Assembly (NCBI RefSeq): GCF_009914755.1 | Contig: NC_060929.1 | Strand: one strand, 5' to 3' | Source of the DNA: the human T2T-CHM13v2.0 reference genome, Homo sapiens | Length of the DNA: 64,000 bases | Made by a program: the position numbers and the translations under genes | Notes under the pieces: generated by a model | What the model was told of the DNA's origin: nothing | Databases searched by the model: none | What the model saw: the letters and a program-made list of their open reading frames with translations, nothing else | Shown: positions 1-14,242 of the stretch, in pieces | Layout: each line of letters starts with the position of its first letter | Position numbering within the stretch: position 1 is the first letter of the stretch

Positions 1-883
<883 letters not shown>

Positions 884-884
884 A

Positions 885-1523
<639 letters not shown>

Positions 1524-1746
1524 ACTTTACAACTTTAACGTAAATCTAAAATTATTCTGAAATTTAATAAAATTACAATGCTACCCTGTTGCTTCACCTC
1601 CCAAATTCTAGCCCGTTTTAGAACTGTTTGTAGGCTGTAGAATCTCTCATATCTGCATTATATTATGTACTATATTTCTGCTTTATTGAATTTCTCCGGA
1701 GAAGAGCAAAATACAGAATACCAAACCTCTCAAAGCTGTGTGCAAG

Positions 1747-1780
1747 TGCTGTTACATAGTATGACCACTAGATGGAGATC
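1747..1780 (+). promoter_or_regulatory. Candidate CTCF site (core plus upstream motif)
   Basis: TGACCACTAGATGGAGATC core at 1762-1780; TGCTGTTAC 6 nt upstream. Confidence 0.5.
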
Positions 1781-2116
1781 GTGTCCAGGTGGCTAAAACT
1801 TATGCTTCCTTGACCAAGCAATGTCTTGGAGCAGAGTTCACAACCAAATCTCTTTTCTGAAATAATGCAATAGGCATGAATCTCAAGTCTCCAGACTCTA
1901 GGATGTAAGAAATACTAAAGGTCTTTGTTTTCTATAAATCCGCTTGTGTACTACTTCAGGAGCCAAAGAAAATGAAACTTCCGTCCTTCTTGGGGCAATT
2001 CTCTCTTCCATTCAACCCCAGGGAAATGAAAGGTGTCAATGTTCAGGGTTTTACCAATGAACTAGGAGCCCCTGCTGGCACTGGTTACCTGTTCTCAATG
2101 AGGACCACTGAGATGC

Positions 2117-2782
2117 TGAGACAGGAGATAGAAAGAAATTATTTAGGCAGATAGTGAGGGTAAAAAAGTCCTCAGCAAGGCTTCCCTTTTAACAAAAAGC
2201 AGCCCAAGAAAGCATTTTTTTCTAACAAAGAGCAGCCTGAAAATCTAGCTGCGAACATAGATAAGCAAGCTGGAAGCTTGCACGGGTGAATGCCGGCAGC
2301 TATGCCAATAGAAAAGGGCTACCTGGAAGCCAGGTATGTTCAACATGGAGGCTCCATCTTCCCTTTTCTTTGTCACCACGTGTACAGTAAAGAAATAGGC
2401 AACATGGCGCTGGCCAGGTAGAGAATTATTTGCATAATAAAAGATTAGCGTGGGGTCAGCAAGCTTTTTGGGCCCTATGCAAATGGCATACCTAGCCCTA
2501 ACCAGTTTTTCGCACCTTATGCAAATGACACTAGTCCCACCAATCATTCGTACCCTATGTAAATCACACACTGTCTCCTCAAGCTCATCTATAAAACCCT
2601 CTGCATTTCACCACAGAACCGAAAAACCTGTTCAGGACCCCTATCTTCGCAACAGAGAGAGCTATTCTCTTTCTTTCGCCTACTAAACTTCCGCTAAGCT
2701 CACTCTTTATCCCCTTCCTAGTTTTCTGCCGCCGTGAGACAACAAATCTCAGGTATTTACCCCAGACAATGATGTTAATTCA
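2117..2782 (+). mobile_element. ERV1 solo LTR, LTR9-like (HUERS-P3)
   Basis: Starts TGAGACAGGAGATAGAAAGAAATTATTTAGGCAGATAGTGAGGG and ends ...TTCA; 4-bp TSD ATGC/ATGT; internal TATA-like CTATAAAA. Confidence 0.8.
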
Positions 2783-3068
2783 ATGTTCATTGTTCCTGCT
2801 CCCATGACCTCATCTGGCCTACGGCTGTCTTGCTTTAGTGTCAGGTTTGGAACCTGAGCACCTTGGCAAGGTTGGGGACCAAGGAACATAGGACAGGCCT
2901 CTCTGCTGTCCTTCTGGGTCCTTTCACATCCTCAGAGCACTCTTAGGACCCAAGGCACAGATGTCTTCTCCTCCCAGCACCCCAGGACTACTCTTTTGTT
3001 TATGCTGGCCTTGCGTCCCTCTCTTCCTCTTCAGGCTGCCCTCCAAGGCCCTCTCTTTCATTCACCTC

Positions 3069-3350
3069 TGTCCATCTAAAGGAAAAAATGGAGGCAGAAT
3101 TGACATAAGTAGAGAGTTTATTTGGGCCAAGTTTGAGCACTGCAACCAAGGGGCAGAGACCCAAGTTGCCCTGAATCTATGCTCCCATTAACAGCAGTTA
3201 CAAGTGGGTTTTTAAAGGAAGTGGGTTTTTAAAGCAGTTCCTAAGTTGCTTACCAAGAACTTACATTAAAATAACGTAAGCTATTGATGGGCTGTAGAAT
3301 GTTCTTTGTGTCACAAATTTCAGAAACATAAAGATAATGGGTGAGGCAGC
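3069..3350 (-). mobile_element. ERV1 (MER4-group) LTR fragment
   Basis: AGAGAGTTTATTTGGGCCAAGTTTGAG...CAAGTTGCCCTGAAT resembles an antisense LTR 3' end; family not resolved. Confidence 0.55.
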
Positions 3351-4219
3351 TCTTTGCTAGTTTTCTTTTCTGACATCAAACTCTATTCTCCTCAATGGAT
3401 TTAAGCATCCATAAACAAATGTTAAGAGGAGATGGTTTGAAAGCAATACCTGCTTTCAACCTGCTATAAACCTTCCCTAAAGCAAAGAAGTACCAGCTGC
3501 TATTTTCCACAAAAGAAATAAAATGTAAACTCAAAATTCTTCAGTAAGTACCCTGTCACACCATGGAGGCACACCTCTGTGACCAGCTCATAATGGATGC
3601 CTCTATACCACCGTTTCCTATGCAAATAGGAAATAATAAAATAATAAAAATATTTAAAAATAATAAAAGCTGCTACTTGCTAGAAAATGCCTTCCTTTGT
3701 TACCTTCTCTCTGGATACCAACTCTGTGATAGACCTCAATAAGGATGAGGAGTGTCAACTCCCACAGAACAGATTGGTTGGGAAGTAACTGATCCCTGGA
3801 TCGCTGCCTACGGTGGCCCTGCTTATGCAGACAGGTGGCAAAGTGAACCTTCCACAACCCTTGCTTCAGTTCATCTTAGTGAATAACCATTGAGCTTTTC
3901 CATAGGTAGAACAAACAAACGACCACTGTGATCACTGTCTAAGATTTACCCCCTGACCGTAAGGAGCTTATGCTTTCAGGGGAAGATGCATCCTTAATTG
4001 TGAGAAGGATCATGGTGTGGGTTCTCCAGTTCCACAATGACAGGTTATGTTATAGGAAGGGAAAGGTGATGCATCCCGTTGTCTTAAGAGTTTCTACCCT
4101 TCTCCAAAGGAAACAACAAAGCAGCAAGTGCCAAGTGCCCTTCCACCTGCTTCTAGATCAAGGCTGAGAACATTTAAGCAGGACTATCCCAGAAGGTAAA
4201 CCAAACTGGTTTTGCCAGC

Positions 4220-4589
4220 TGCTGTGGATTGAATTGTACCCCCTACCCCTAAATTCAGACTTGGAAGCAGTAACGCTCGATGTGACTGTATTTTAAGATG
4301 GTATCTTTAAGAGGTAATTAAGGTTAAATCAGGTCATAAGGCAGGGCCCCGATCTGATAGGATTAGCGTCTTTACCAGAAAAGACGTCAAAGGCCAGAGA
4401 GTTCATGCATGTGGCTCCCCAGCCCCTCGGAAGAAAGGCTATCCGAGGATAAGGCAGGAAACAGCTCTCACTGGGATCAAGGCTGACACCTCGAGCCCGG
4501 ACTTACCAGAACTGTGAGAAAGCACATTTCTGTTATTTATGCCACCCCGTCTGGGGTATTTGTGATGGCAGCCGAGCTGACTACCACAC
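4220..4589 (+). mobile_element. MaLR LTR (MLT1A/MSTD-like)
   Basis: TGCTGTGGATTGAATTGT...GGTAATTAAGGTTAAAT...TTTGTGATGGCAGCC. Confidence 0.8.
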
Positions 4590-5034
4590 CACATTGCTTC
4601 ATCACTCACCTGACACACACAAAGGGGTTGAGGCTGAGGAGGTCTAGGGGTACATTGATGTGGAGGATTAAGAGGGAAAGTCGTGAGAGAATGAACCCTG
4701 ACTTATGTCACAGGGGCTTAGAGGACACAGGAATCAGTGCCACACCTACCTTCGACATCTCTCTTCAGGGTCTGGTTGGAACAGGCAGAAGGGGGCAACG
4801 GCTGCGCTGGAGCAAGTGTGCGTGCTTGCTGGGGCCAGACGTGGCGCTGTGAAACAGAGCCCCTCTGAGAAGACTCTGTGGGGATCAAAATGCGACCCTG
4901 ACGGGCCAGGCAACCAAAGCCCAGGGCCTGAGAGAGGAGTCAGAAGAAGCCCACCAGAAGAGAGGCGTGGTTGCTTCAGCTGACCTACAGCGGCAGGTCC
5001 CATGGGGGTCTGCAAGGGTCTCACACTAGCTGCC

Positions 5035-5370
5035 TGATACGGTTTGGTTTGTCTCCTCCAAATCTCATGTTGAAATGGGGTCCCCATTGCTGGAGGTGGG
5101 GCCTGATGGGAGGTGTTTGGGTCATAAGTGTGGATTCCTCATGGAATGACTTGGTGATCTCCTTGCAGTAATGAGTGGGTTCTTGCTCTGTTCCTTCAGG
5201 CAAGAGCTGGTTGTTTAAAGAGCCTGGCACCTCCTCCCCTCTCTCACTCCCTGTCTCATCAGTGGGACACACCTGCTCCCTCTTCACCTTCTGTGATGAG
5301 TAAAAGCATCCTAAGACCTCAGCAGAACCAGAGGCTGGCACTATGCTGCCTGTACTATCTGCAGAACTGT
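5035..5370 (+). mobile_element. MaLR LTR (MSTB-like), 3'-truncated
   Basis: TGATACGGTTTGG...CCAAATCTCATGTTGAAA...GAGGTGTTTGGGTCAT...CAGAACTGT. Confidence 0.85.
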
Positions 5371-5579
5371 ACAGGGAGGTCAATTATGTCCTGTCTCTCT
5401 TGGAAAATCTACATCTTATGTAAGGTAAACTAAACACATGACAAGAAGGAATGGGACAAGTCAATGAGGCATTCGTCTTAGGGTGGGCAAAGGGATGATT
5501 TCTGGTGTTGTCCTTGTCCTCTACCTGTGAAGATAGGCTGGCAAGTGACACTGTCAGGGAGAGAGTCAATAGAACTGTT

Positions 5580-6140
5580 TAGGGCAGTTAATCCAGGGCA
5601 AATCCGTATCCAGACAGGTCTGCAACAACCTCAATTTTTACCTCCACAGAAGAAAGAATTTGAGGGGCAGAAGGCAGAAGGAGAGAGACTGCATCAAGTG
5701 TTAGAGCAGGAGGTTTATTAAAAAGCTTTACAGCAGGAATGAAAGGAAGAAAAGCACACTTAGAAGAGGGCCAGGAGGGCATTTTGAGAGATCAAGTGCC
5801 CCGTTCGACCTTTTGACCTCGGGCTTTATGTATCGGCATATTTCTGGGATCCTGTGTTACTTCTCCCCTGATTCTTCCCTTAAGGTGGGCTGTCCATATG
5901 TGCTCACCTGAGCCCACTTGCCCAACTCCTGAGGTCTTATCAGGAAGCTGCTGATCACCAGTTTTAGGTGTTTTCTATCTACTGGAAGACTGCCCTTCCC
6001 TGGCACTGGCTGCAACCAATTATTACTTTACAGAGACAGTTAACAACCACCTGACCGTCACCACCATCAACATTCCTGGTGGTGAGGGCAGGGAGCCCTC
6101 TCCTATCCTGCTCGTGTCTGACTAGCTATCAACTGTAATA
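5580..6140 (-). mobile_element. ERV1 solo LTR (MER66/MER50-like)
   Basis: Reverse strand starts TATTACAGTTGATAGCTAGTCAGACACGAGCAGGATAGGAGAGGGCTCCC; antisense polyA signal TTTATT near 5714. Confidence 0.7.
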
Positions 6141-6365
6141 CTTACAAGAAGAGCAAGAGATACCAGGCAGGCATGCACGTAGAGGAAAGACCATGTGAGG
6201 ACATGGTGAGAAGGCAGCATTGGCAAACCATGGACAGAGAAACCAAACCTTCCGACTCCCTCATCTTGGACTTCCAGCCTCCAGAACTTGGTAAAAATCC
6301 ATTTCTGTTGTTTAAGCCATCCAGGCTGTGGTATTTTGTTATGGCAGCCCAGACCAACTGATTCA
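6141..6365 (+). mobile_element. MaLR MLT1 LTR, 3' half
   Basis: CCATGTGAGGAC...TCTTGGACTTCCAGCCTCCAGAACT...TTTTGTTATGGCAGCCC. Confidence 0.85.
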
Positions 6366-6540
6366 CTGCCCCTGCACACAACTCTGGTGGGATGAGCCAC
6401 AGCAAAGCCAGAGAGTCAGGCATGCCCCACACCGTTGCTGGTTGCCCAGCTAGAGCAAGGCAGGGCAAGGGGAGGCTTCACACTGGTGAGTGTCTAGGAT
6501 TTTGATAATTACACCAACTGTATCAGAGCTCCATCGTCAT

Positions 6541-7023
<483 letters not shown>

Positions 7024-7039
7024 TTAAGGAAACAGCTAA

Positions 7040-7190
7040 ACTAATATTTACTGAGCACTTCCTGATCGCCAGGCACTTTTCTAAGCCTTTGCTGTGGATT
7101 AATTCCTCAGTCCTCACAGTGAGGCTCCTCCTCATTTCTCACCAGAAGAAATTGACGTGCAGGAAGGTCAGGCGTGTTGCCCTGTCTCAC
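7040..7190 (-). mobile_element. MIR fragment
   Basis: TAATATTTACTGAGCACTT...GCCAGGCACT...TCCTCACAG. Confidence 0.5.
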
Positions 7191-7546
7191 GGTCCTGCTC
7201 CCCAGGGAGGGTGGGGAGGCTGGCTCTTTGCGAGTTAGGTTTGGCTGGGCCTGGAAGCACAGGAAGGACTCTGACAAGCAGGGATGGGAAGAAACACCTT
7301 CGAAGCTTCACAGGGTTAGGCACAGACACGAAGGTGGGAAGAGCAAGGTTTGTCCTAATAATGTCTGGTGAGGGGCATAGAAGTGAGGAACCTAGGGAGG
7401 TAGACTGCTGGAAAGAGGGGGGCCGAGTTGTGAAAGACTCCACCTCGCCAGCTAGGAGTCTCTGGACACCAGTTTTCACTCCTCCGCACACTGTGTGCCA
7501 TGTGCATATTTGCTCTTTTTTTATCCTCACGGGGACCCAGTGGGCT

Positions 7547-8233
7547 TGAAACCGCCTTTGCAAAATTATGACAGAGACAGTGAAAGAGATCTAACATAAC
7601 CGACTCCATCTTGCTTCTAACCTCCAAGCTGTCCTTGTTCCTTCCTGGGCGTAGGCTGAACTAACTATGGGAGAAACTTAGTTTATAGTTTAAAACAGAC
7701 AATAACAGCCCTTTCCCAAAGCAGACCTCCTTCTTCCCTGAGGACTAGATTGCCTTTGTAATACTAACATTAGCCACAAAATTAGAAATTATGGTTTAGG
7801 AGTCATGCCGCTGGAGGCTACAAGATTCTGACCCTCCCTAAACTGCTCCTAAGATCAGTGCTTGAGATATTCTGCAGACCCTGCACTTGATGTATCAGCT
7901 GGCACCACCCAGATCAATAAACTGGTTCATCTGATCTAGTGGCCCCCACCCAGGAACTAACTCAGTGCAAGAAGAAAGCTTTGACTCGCTATGATTTCAT
8001 CTCTGACCAATCAGCATTCCTGGCTCACCAGCTTCCCCCTACCCACCAAGTTGTCCTTAAAAACTCTGCTCCCTGAATGCTCATTTGGGGAGACTGATTT
8101 GAGTAATAACAAAACTCTGGTCTCCCACGCAGTTGTCTCTGCAGGAATTACTCTTTCTCTATTGCAATTCCCTTGTCTTGAGAAATCGGCTCTGTCTAGG
8201 CAGTGGGCAAGGTGAGCCCACTGGGTTGTTACA
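7547..8233 (+). mobile_element. ERV1 solo LTR8 (HUERS-P1)
   Basis: TGAAACCGCCTTTGCAAAATTATGAC...GGGCAAGGTGAGCCCACTGGGTTGTTACA; TSD GGCT/GCCT. Confidence 0.9.
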
Positions 8234-8310
8234 GCCTTTTTCAGTCTGTGGTCAGGTCCCCTCATAATGACAATACTGGATCTTAGTGACATGCAGATAG
8301 GACCCGAGAC

Positions 8311-9041
8311 TGCGGAAGCAAATAGAATCTCAGGACCCCAAACTCACTATGCCAAAGGGAAAGTTGAGTTTGGGAACTGAGTCACACAACACTTTTTCGT
8401 GTTCCCAAACAGATAGCTGTAACTTCACAGCCCATGTCATAGCCTCATCCAGAAGCCAGATTCCTACAACAATAGAAGGCCACATACCTCTCTAGGTGTG
8501 CTCCCTCACAAATTGCTCACAAGCACATTTTTTGTGAGCCCCTAAATCTTTTAGATACATATCCCTCCTATAAATGGGCCCTAAATCTGAGTTCTGTTGA
8601 CTCTCACCCTGACAATATCAATTGCCAGCTTATTTTCACAGGTAGAGGACAACACCAGAAATCACCCTCCACCCACCCTGAGAAGAATGCATCATTGACT
8701 TGTCCCATTCCCTCTTTTTACATGTTTACCTTATGTAAGATGTAGATATACCAAGCGAGACCTTTTCCTTTACTCCCTCTTTTCAGGTAAAAAATGTAGA
8801 TTTACTGAGCGCTAATCAGAGCCTCACAAGAACATGACCATCTGCTTTGCTGTCCACCCTTCCTCCCTTTCCCCTTCCTACTTGCTCTTTCCCCTGTAAA
8901 TGCTGAAGTTCCCAAAACTTTATTTGGAAAAAGTGCAAGTCACCGAGGCTCCTGTGACTTGTTTCCCTAGTGTATCCTCAAATTTTGGCTAAAAATCCTC
9001 TATCAATGGAGACACTTGCCTCAGTCACTTTTTGGTTAATA
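8311..9041 (+). mobile_element. ERV1 solo LTR, MER4 family (MER4C/D-like)
   Basis: TG...ATCTCAGGACCCCAAACTCACTATGCCAAAGGGAAAG...TTTTTGGTTAATA; AGAC on both sides (8307-8310, 9042-9045). Confidence 0.8.
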
Positions 9042-9045
9042 AGAC

Positions 9046-9797
9046 CGATATGGACAGGAGGCTGGGAAACACTGGGTAGAAGAGGGAGGTTCCCTGGCAA
9101 AAGCCCCACCCTCAAGCCTGAAAACCCATGGCCCTAAATGGGAACAGGCATTCCTGTTTTTGTGCCCTAATGTTGCCTTTTGGCCCATCACACCCCACTA
9201 TCCTGTACCCATATAAACCCCAAACCTCAGGCTCCACGAGCAGAAGAGCACAGAGCAGCAGAGTGGCACAGCAGAGAAGGGGAGAAGATAAGGAGCATCT
9301 GAACATCAAGAGGAGTTTGACTGGGGACTGTCAGAGAGGAGATAGGCCATAGAATGATGGAACTCCAGGGGAAGATCATCTTCCCACTCCATCCCCTTCC
9401 CAGCTCCCCACCCATCCTGCTAAAAGCCACCTCCACCTCTCAATAAAATCCCCACATTCACCATTCTTCAAGTTCATGTGACCTGATTCTTCCTGGACAC
9501 TGGATGAAGACCCAGGTACCAAGAGGGCAGGGTGCAAAAGGCTGTCACCTTGACTCTCCAATGAGCTAGTTTAATACTTAGCCATCTGTGGATGGCAACT
9601 GCTAAATGAGCATTAATTGTAACACACCGCTGGATGCTACCATGGGGTCAGAGCCCAAAAGTGCTTGCCCCAGCTCCTCCACCTGCCCATCTGTATGCTC
9701 CCCATCCCGTAAGGGGTTTGAGCATGCAGTGGCCAAGCAAATGAGCCATATCCCTGTCTCTAGTTCTGCAAGGGGGTTGGAGAACTCTCCTGTTTCA
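9046..9797 (+). mobile_element. ERV1 solo LTR, LTR1-like (HUERS-P2)
   Basis: (C)GATATGGACAGGAGG...CTGGGTAGAAGAGGG...CCCCACCCTCAAGCCTG; ends GAACTCTCCTGTTTCA; TSD AGAC at 9042-9045 and 9798-9801. Confidence 0.8.
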
Positions 9798-9974
9798 AGA
9801 CCAGTAATGGGACAGCACAGACAGTTGTGTAAGAACAGCAGGACTGAGCCCCGTGGGAGTGAAGGGAAGGAGAGTGAGGGCCAGGTCTGGGAGGACTGGG
9901 ACAGTGACAGCAATGGGCTTATGAGGTAAAGGAGGGTTAAGGAGAAAGGGGAAGGGGTAGATGGGTGGCCCCAT

Positions 9975-10324
9975 GACTCAGTCCATTGGCTACAACACAA
10001 CACTGCAGCCTGGGGACTTGCAAATAACAGAAATTTACTCCTCACAGTTCTGAAGATTAGAAGTCTAAGTTCAGGGTGTCAGCCAGTTTGGGCCCTGGTG
10101 AAGACCCTCTTCTGGGTTGCGAATGTCTTCTTCTGGTTGTGTCCCCACATTGTGGAAAGAGAGCTTGCTGAAGTTCCTTTTATTGGGTCACTAATCCCAT
10201 CATGAGGGCCCCACCCATGAGACCTAATTATCTCCCAAAGGTCCCGCCTCCTTATACTGTCCCACTGGGGGTTAGGACTTCAACATGTGAATTTCAAGGA
10301 GATGCAAACATTCAGTCCATAGCA
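9975..10324 (-). mobile_element. MaLR MLT1A-like LTR
   Basis: AACAGAAATTTACTCCTCACAGTTCTG...CTAATCCCATCATGAGGG...ACATTCAGTCCATAGCA. Confidence 0.85.
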
Positions 10325-11094
10325 CCCAGCCACAGTGACAACACATGACATACACAGGGGCAGAACACAAAGGAATTCCAACTTGCTGCACCTTCCAATT
10401 AGAAACACACATTCTGTCCCTGCAGAAACTCTGCCGTCACAGCCCATTTGGGTTCTAACAGGACTCATACAGGCTTTCTGAAATCAACTTACACCATTTC
10501 TGCAAAGCCATGTTAGATCACCTGTTTCAAGCCCCACTTGATGACAGACAGAAAGGCTGCTGGAAGAGTCCAGATCTCTACACCTCCACCTTGTCTTGCC
10601 TACTCACTGCCTGAAGTGGGGGGTCAGGGTGCAATTTTTGGTGGGAGAGGGTTAGAAACATGTTTTTGCGGTGTCTTTCAAAAATCACATGACCAGAAAA
10701 CAAAAACACAAACTACTGTGATTCAACTCAGAAAGCACAAAAGGGCTTTCAGCTCAACAGCTGGTGGAGAGCGCTTGCCTCCCTTCTCTCTGCGGGGTCT
10801 CAGAAGCCAGACAATAGACCTGTGATTTTGTTGCAGCTGTAAACTCTTTCGTGGCTATACGATGAGTCAGTAGTTTTGTATTCATAATCATTGTCCTTTA
10901 AGATGCTACAGGTTAATTCAAAAAGACATTTAATGTTACATGAAGGCTGTTTGCTAACATTTTTCATGCCCCCAAACAAAAGGAAATTCACATTAGAGAA
11001 CTGAATTCATTTGCCAACAAGAGGTCTCATCCAAAACTAAACTATATTTAATAACAACAACAAACATTAGGACAATTTGCAATTTAGAAAGAAC

Positions 11095-11205
11095 TAAAAC
11101 TTAGGTTCAAGTTCTGGGGTTTGCTAGTAATCCATCCTGAGAGGTCAAGGGAGTTCATCATGGCTCTTTGACTTAGTTTCCTCTTCTGCAAAATGAGGAG
11201 TTTGA
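11095..11205 (+). mobile_element. MIR fragment
   Basis: TTAGGTTCAAGTTCTG...AGTTTCCTCTTCTGCAAAATGAGG core. Confidence 0.5.
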
Positions 11206-11758
11206 AAGGGGTGGCTTTATAATTATTTGTTAGCAACACCCAATTTTTCCCCAGAACTTTAATATTAAAAAGCAGATGTAAATATAAAATATATGTTTAT
11301 ATATATAAACAACCTCAAATACATATTGGATTATAAAATAATGAAACAAGGCTGTTTGTGTATCTTATTTTAGTTGTCATGTATCACAAAATATCCTGAT
11401 TGATCCAAAAGGGTGTTTGCAAAGCCTTCCTTCCTCTCTCTCTCTCTTTCTATTTTTTCAGTGATTGCCTTGCCAAATAAGGGCACTCATTAACTAGAGC
11501 AGAACAGGTTTGAATCTGAGGTCATCAAAACCAAAATGAATCCAAAAAAAACCTAGCTAATCAGGCAGCATATAGTAATGCATTTGGGTGTGTCAGTAAA
11601 TTTGAATATGCATTTTAATAGCACTTTTTATCACAGGCTAAAATGTATTTTTAATGACATTGGAATAAAACATTTGAACAGCCATCCAAGCCCCTCTGTG
11701 GAGCCCTGGTGTTCACAGAGCACTCTTTGAAATCCACTGGGCTGCATGTTGTCTAAGG

Positions 11759-12192
11759 CAGGGGTCTCCAACCCCTGGGCCATGAACCAGTACTGGTCCC
11801 TTCCCTATTAAGAATCAGCAGCACAGCAGGAGGTGAACGGCGGGCAGCTGACATTACTCCCTGAGCTCTGCCTCCTGTCAGATCAGTGGAGGCATCAGAT
11901 TCTGATAGAAGCACAAACTCTATTGTGAGCTGTGCATGTGAGGGATCTAGGCTGTGCACTCCTTATGAGAATCTAATGCCTGATGATTTGTCACTGTCTC
12001 CCATCATCCCCAGAGAGGACCATCTAGTTGCAGGAAAACAAGCTCAGCTCCCACTGATTCTAAATGTAATGTGCCTGAATCATCCTGAAACCATCACTCC
12101 TCCCCAACCTCTCCAACCTCCCCAACCACAACCCCTTCCAAATTGTCTTCCACAAAACTGGTCCCTAGTGCCAAAAAGGCTGGGGGCTGCTG
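11759..12192 (+). mobile_element. MER1A hAT-Charlie MITE with internal deletion
   Basis: TIR-like ends CAGGGGTCTCCAACC / GGCTGGGGGCTGCTG; 8-bp TSD GTCTAAGG (11751-11758) and TTCTAAGG (12193-12200). Confidence 0.9.
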
Positions 12193-12383
12193 TTCTAAGG
12201 TGTCTTGTGGTCTGACTGTCTGTGATCACTGCCTTTTCCCTGCAACCTCACCTCCCACCCCCACCCCTTCATTCACTCTACAAATATTTATTGAGTCCTC
12301 CTGTGAATCAGGCGCAGTTTAGGCCCTTGAGACACTTCAGTGAAGCTACCCAAATATGTACACAAGCCCTGCACAGGAACTTT

Positions 12384-12771
<388 letters not shown>

Positions 12772-13440
12772 TGATACTGTATCAGATACAGCCCAATTCT
12801 TTCCTGAGTGACTGGGTTTCCCACTCAGTTACCAGTTCCTGGACATTAACAGAAGATGGCAGACAATTCATCAACCGGCTGACAGGCAGCTGCTCAAGAC
12901 AAGAGGTCTGTTTGTACACTTTCCTCTCTCATATGTTAGCTAAACTGAAAGAACAACTAAGCAAGCAAGGTTGCCTAGCCAAGCAAGATCCTCACCAGAT
13001 CCAAACACTTCTTTGAGTTTTGGGAAGGCTTATGGGTTAAATTAAGCCATTAACATTTGGTCCATCTTGTGTCTGTATTTTGTATTTCTTCAAGATGCTT
13101 TAAATAAGGTTGTAGATTTTTAGAAAATATGGTTCCTTTTTCAGAAAAACTCGGGATCCTTCCAAAATGCTCTCAAAGCCTGACCAACTGGTGGGTAGCC
13201 TTTGTAAACCTGGAGAATAATGGATTGTTGGAGAAGCCTGTTTTATTAAGTCTCTTTCCCTTTGGAAGCAAACCTCAGAAGCCCCATCCAACTAATGGTG
13301 GGATATTTAATTATTCCAGATTCTTCCAGAATGTCACTGGGGACTCAGATTATGTCATTTGGGTTCTGTGATGCGACTTTTAACGGGGTTGTCTCCCAAG
13401 AACAGGAGTAAATACTCAGAATAAAAAGCTCGAGAATCCG

Positions 13441-13459
13441 TGCCCAGTAGGTGGCGCTG
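13441..13459 (+). promoter_or_regulatory. Strong CTCF core motif
   Basis: TGCCCAGTAGGTGGCGCTG in non-repeat sequence with several retained CpGs nearby. Confidence 0.65.
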
Positions 13460-13782
13460 CTCTTCCTTCTGTTGGGATTCGATTCAGACCCGCTGGGAAC
13501 AAAATCATCTGTTAGAAAGAGTATGCAGGAGGTTGGAGTAGGCAAACGTATCGGAGGCAGAAAGGCAAACAATTTTGTCAGCTCTCCTGACATACAGAAG
13601 ATAATCAAAGCAGGCAAAGCAAACCACCCCAAAATTCACAGACTATTTGGCTTATATCTTTAAAGTATAAAAACATCCTGTACTGAATTTAATTTAATCA
13701 ACAATGATAGAATGTTTAGAACGATGTAATCAACTGCTTGCTATTTTCCTGAAGTCTCCAAAGAGAGTGACTTCCAAGAGTA

Positions 13783-14242
13783 CAGATGTTCCTTGACTTA
13801 TGCGGCTACGTCTTGTAAACCCATCGTGAGCCGAAATTATCATAAGTAGAGAATGCATTTAATACTCCTAACCTACTGAACACCATAGCTTAGCCTAGCC
13901 TACCACAAACGTGCTGAGAACACTTCCATTAGCCTACAGTTGGGTGAAATCATGTAACACCTAAGCCTATTTTATCATGAAGTGTTGAATATCTCATGTA
14001 ATTTATTGAACACAGTACACTGTAGAGCACAGTATCAGTTGTTTGTCCTCATGACTTTGTTGCTGACTGGAGCTGCTGCTCACTACCCCTGCCTGGCATC
14101 ATGAGAGAGCATTGTACTATATTATCACCAGCCCTGGAAAAGATCAAAGTTCAAATTCTGAAGTATAGTTTCTACTGAACACATATTTTTTCTGCACCAT
14201 CGTAAATCTTAGGTCAAACCATGGTAAGTTGTGGACCTTCTG
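13783..14242 (+). mobile_element. MER47 (Tigger5-derived) MITE
   Basis: CAGATGTTCCTTGACTTA...CATAGCTTAGCCTAGCCTACC...GGTAAGTTGTGGACCTTCTG; TA on both flanks. Confidence 0.85.

Noticed and set aside
7547-9797. LTR-internal-LTR provirus
   Set aside because: The three LTRs are different families with separate TSDs; no PBS, gag, pol or env sequence lies between them.
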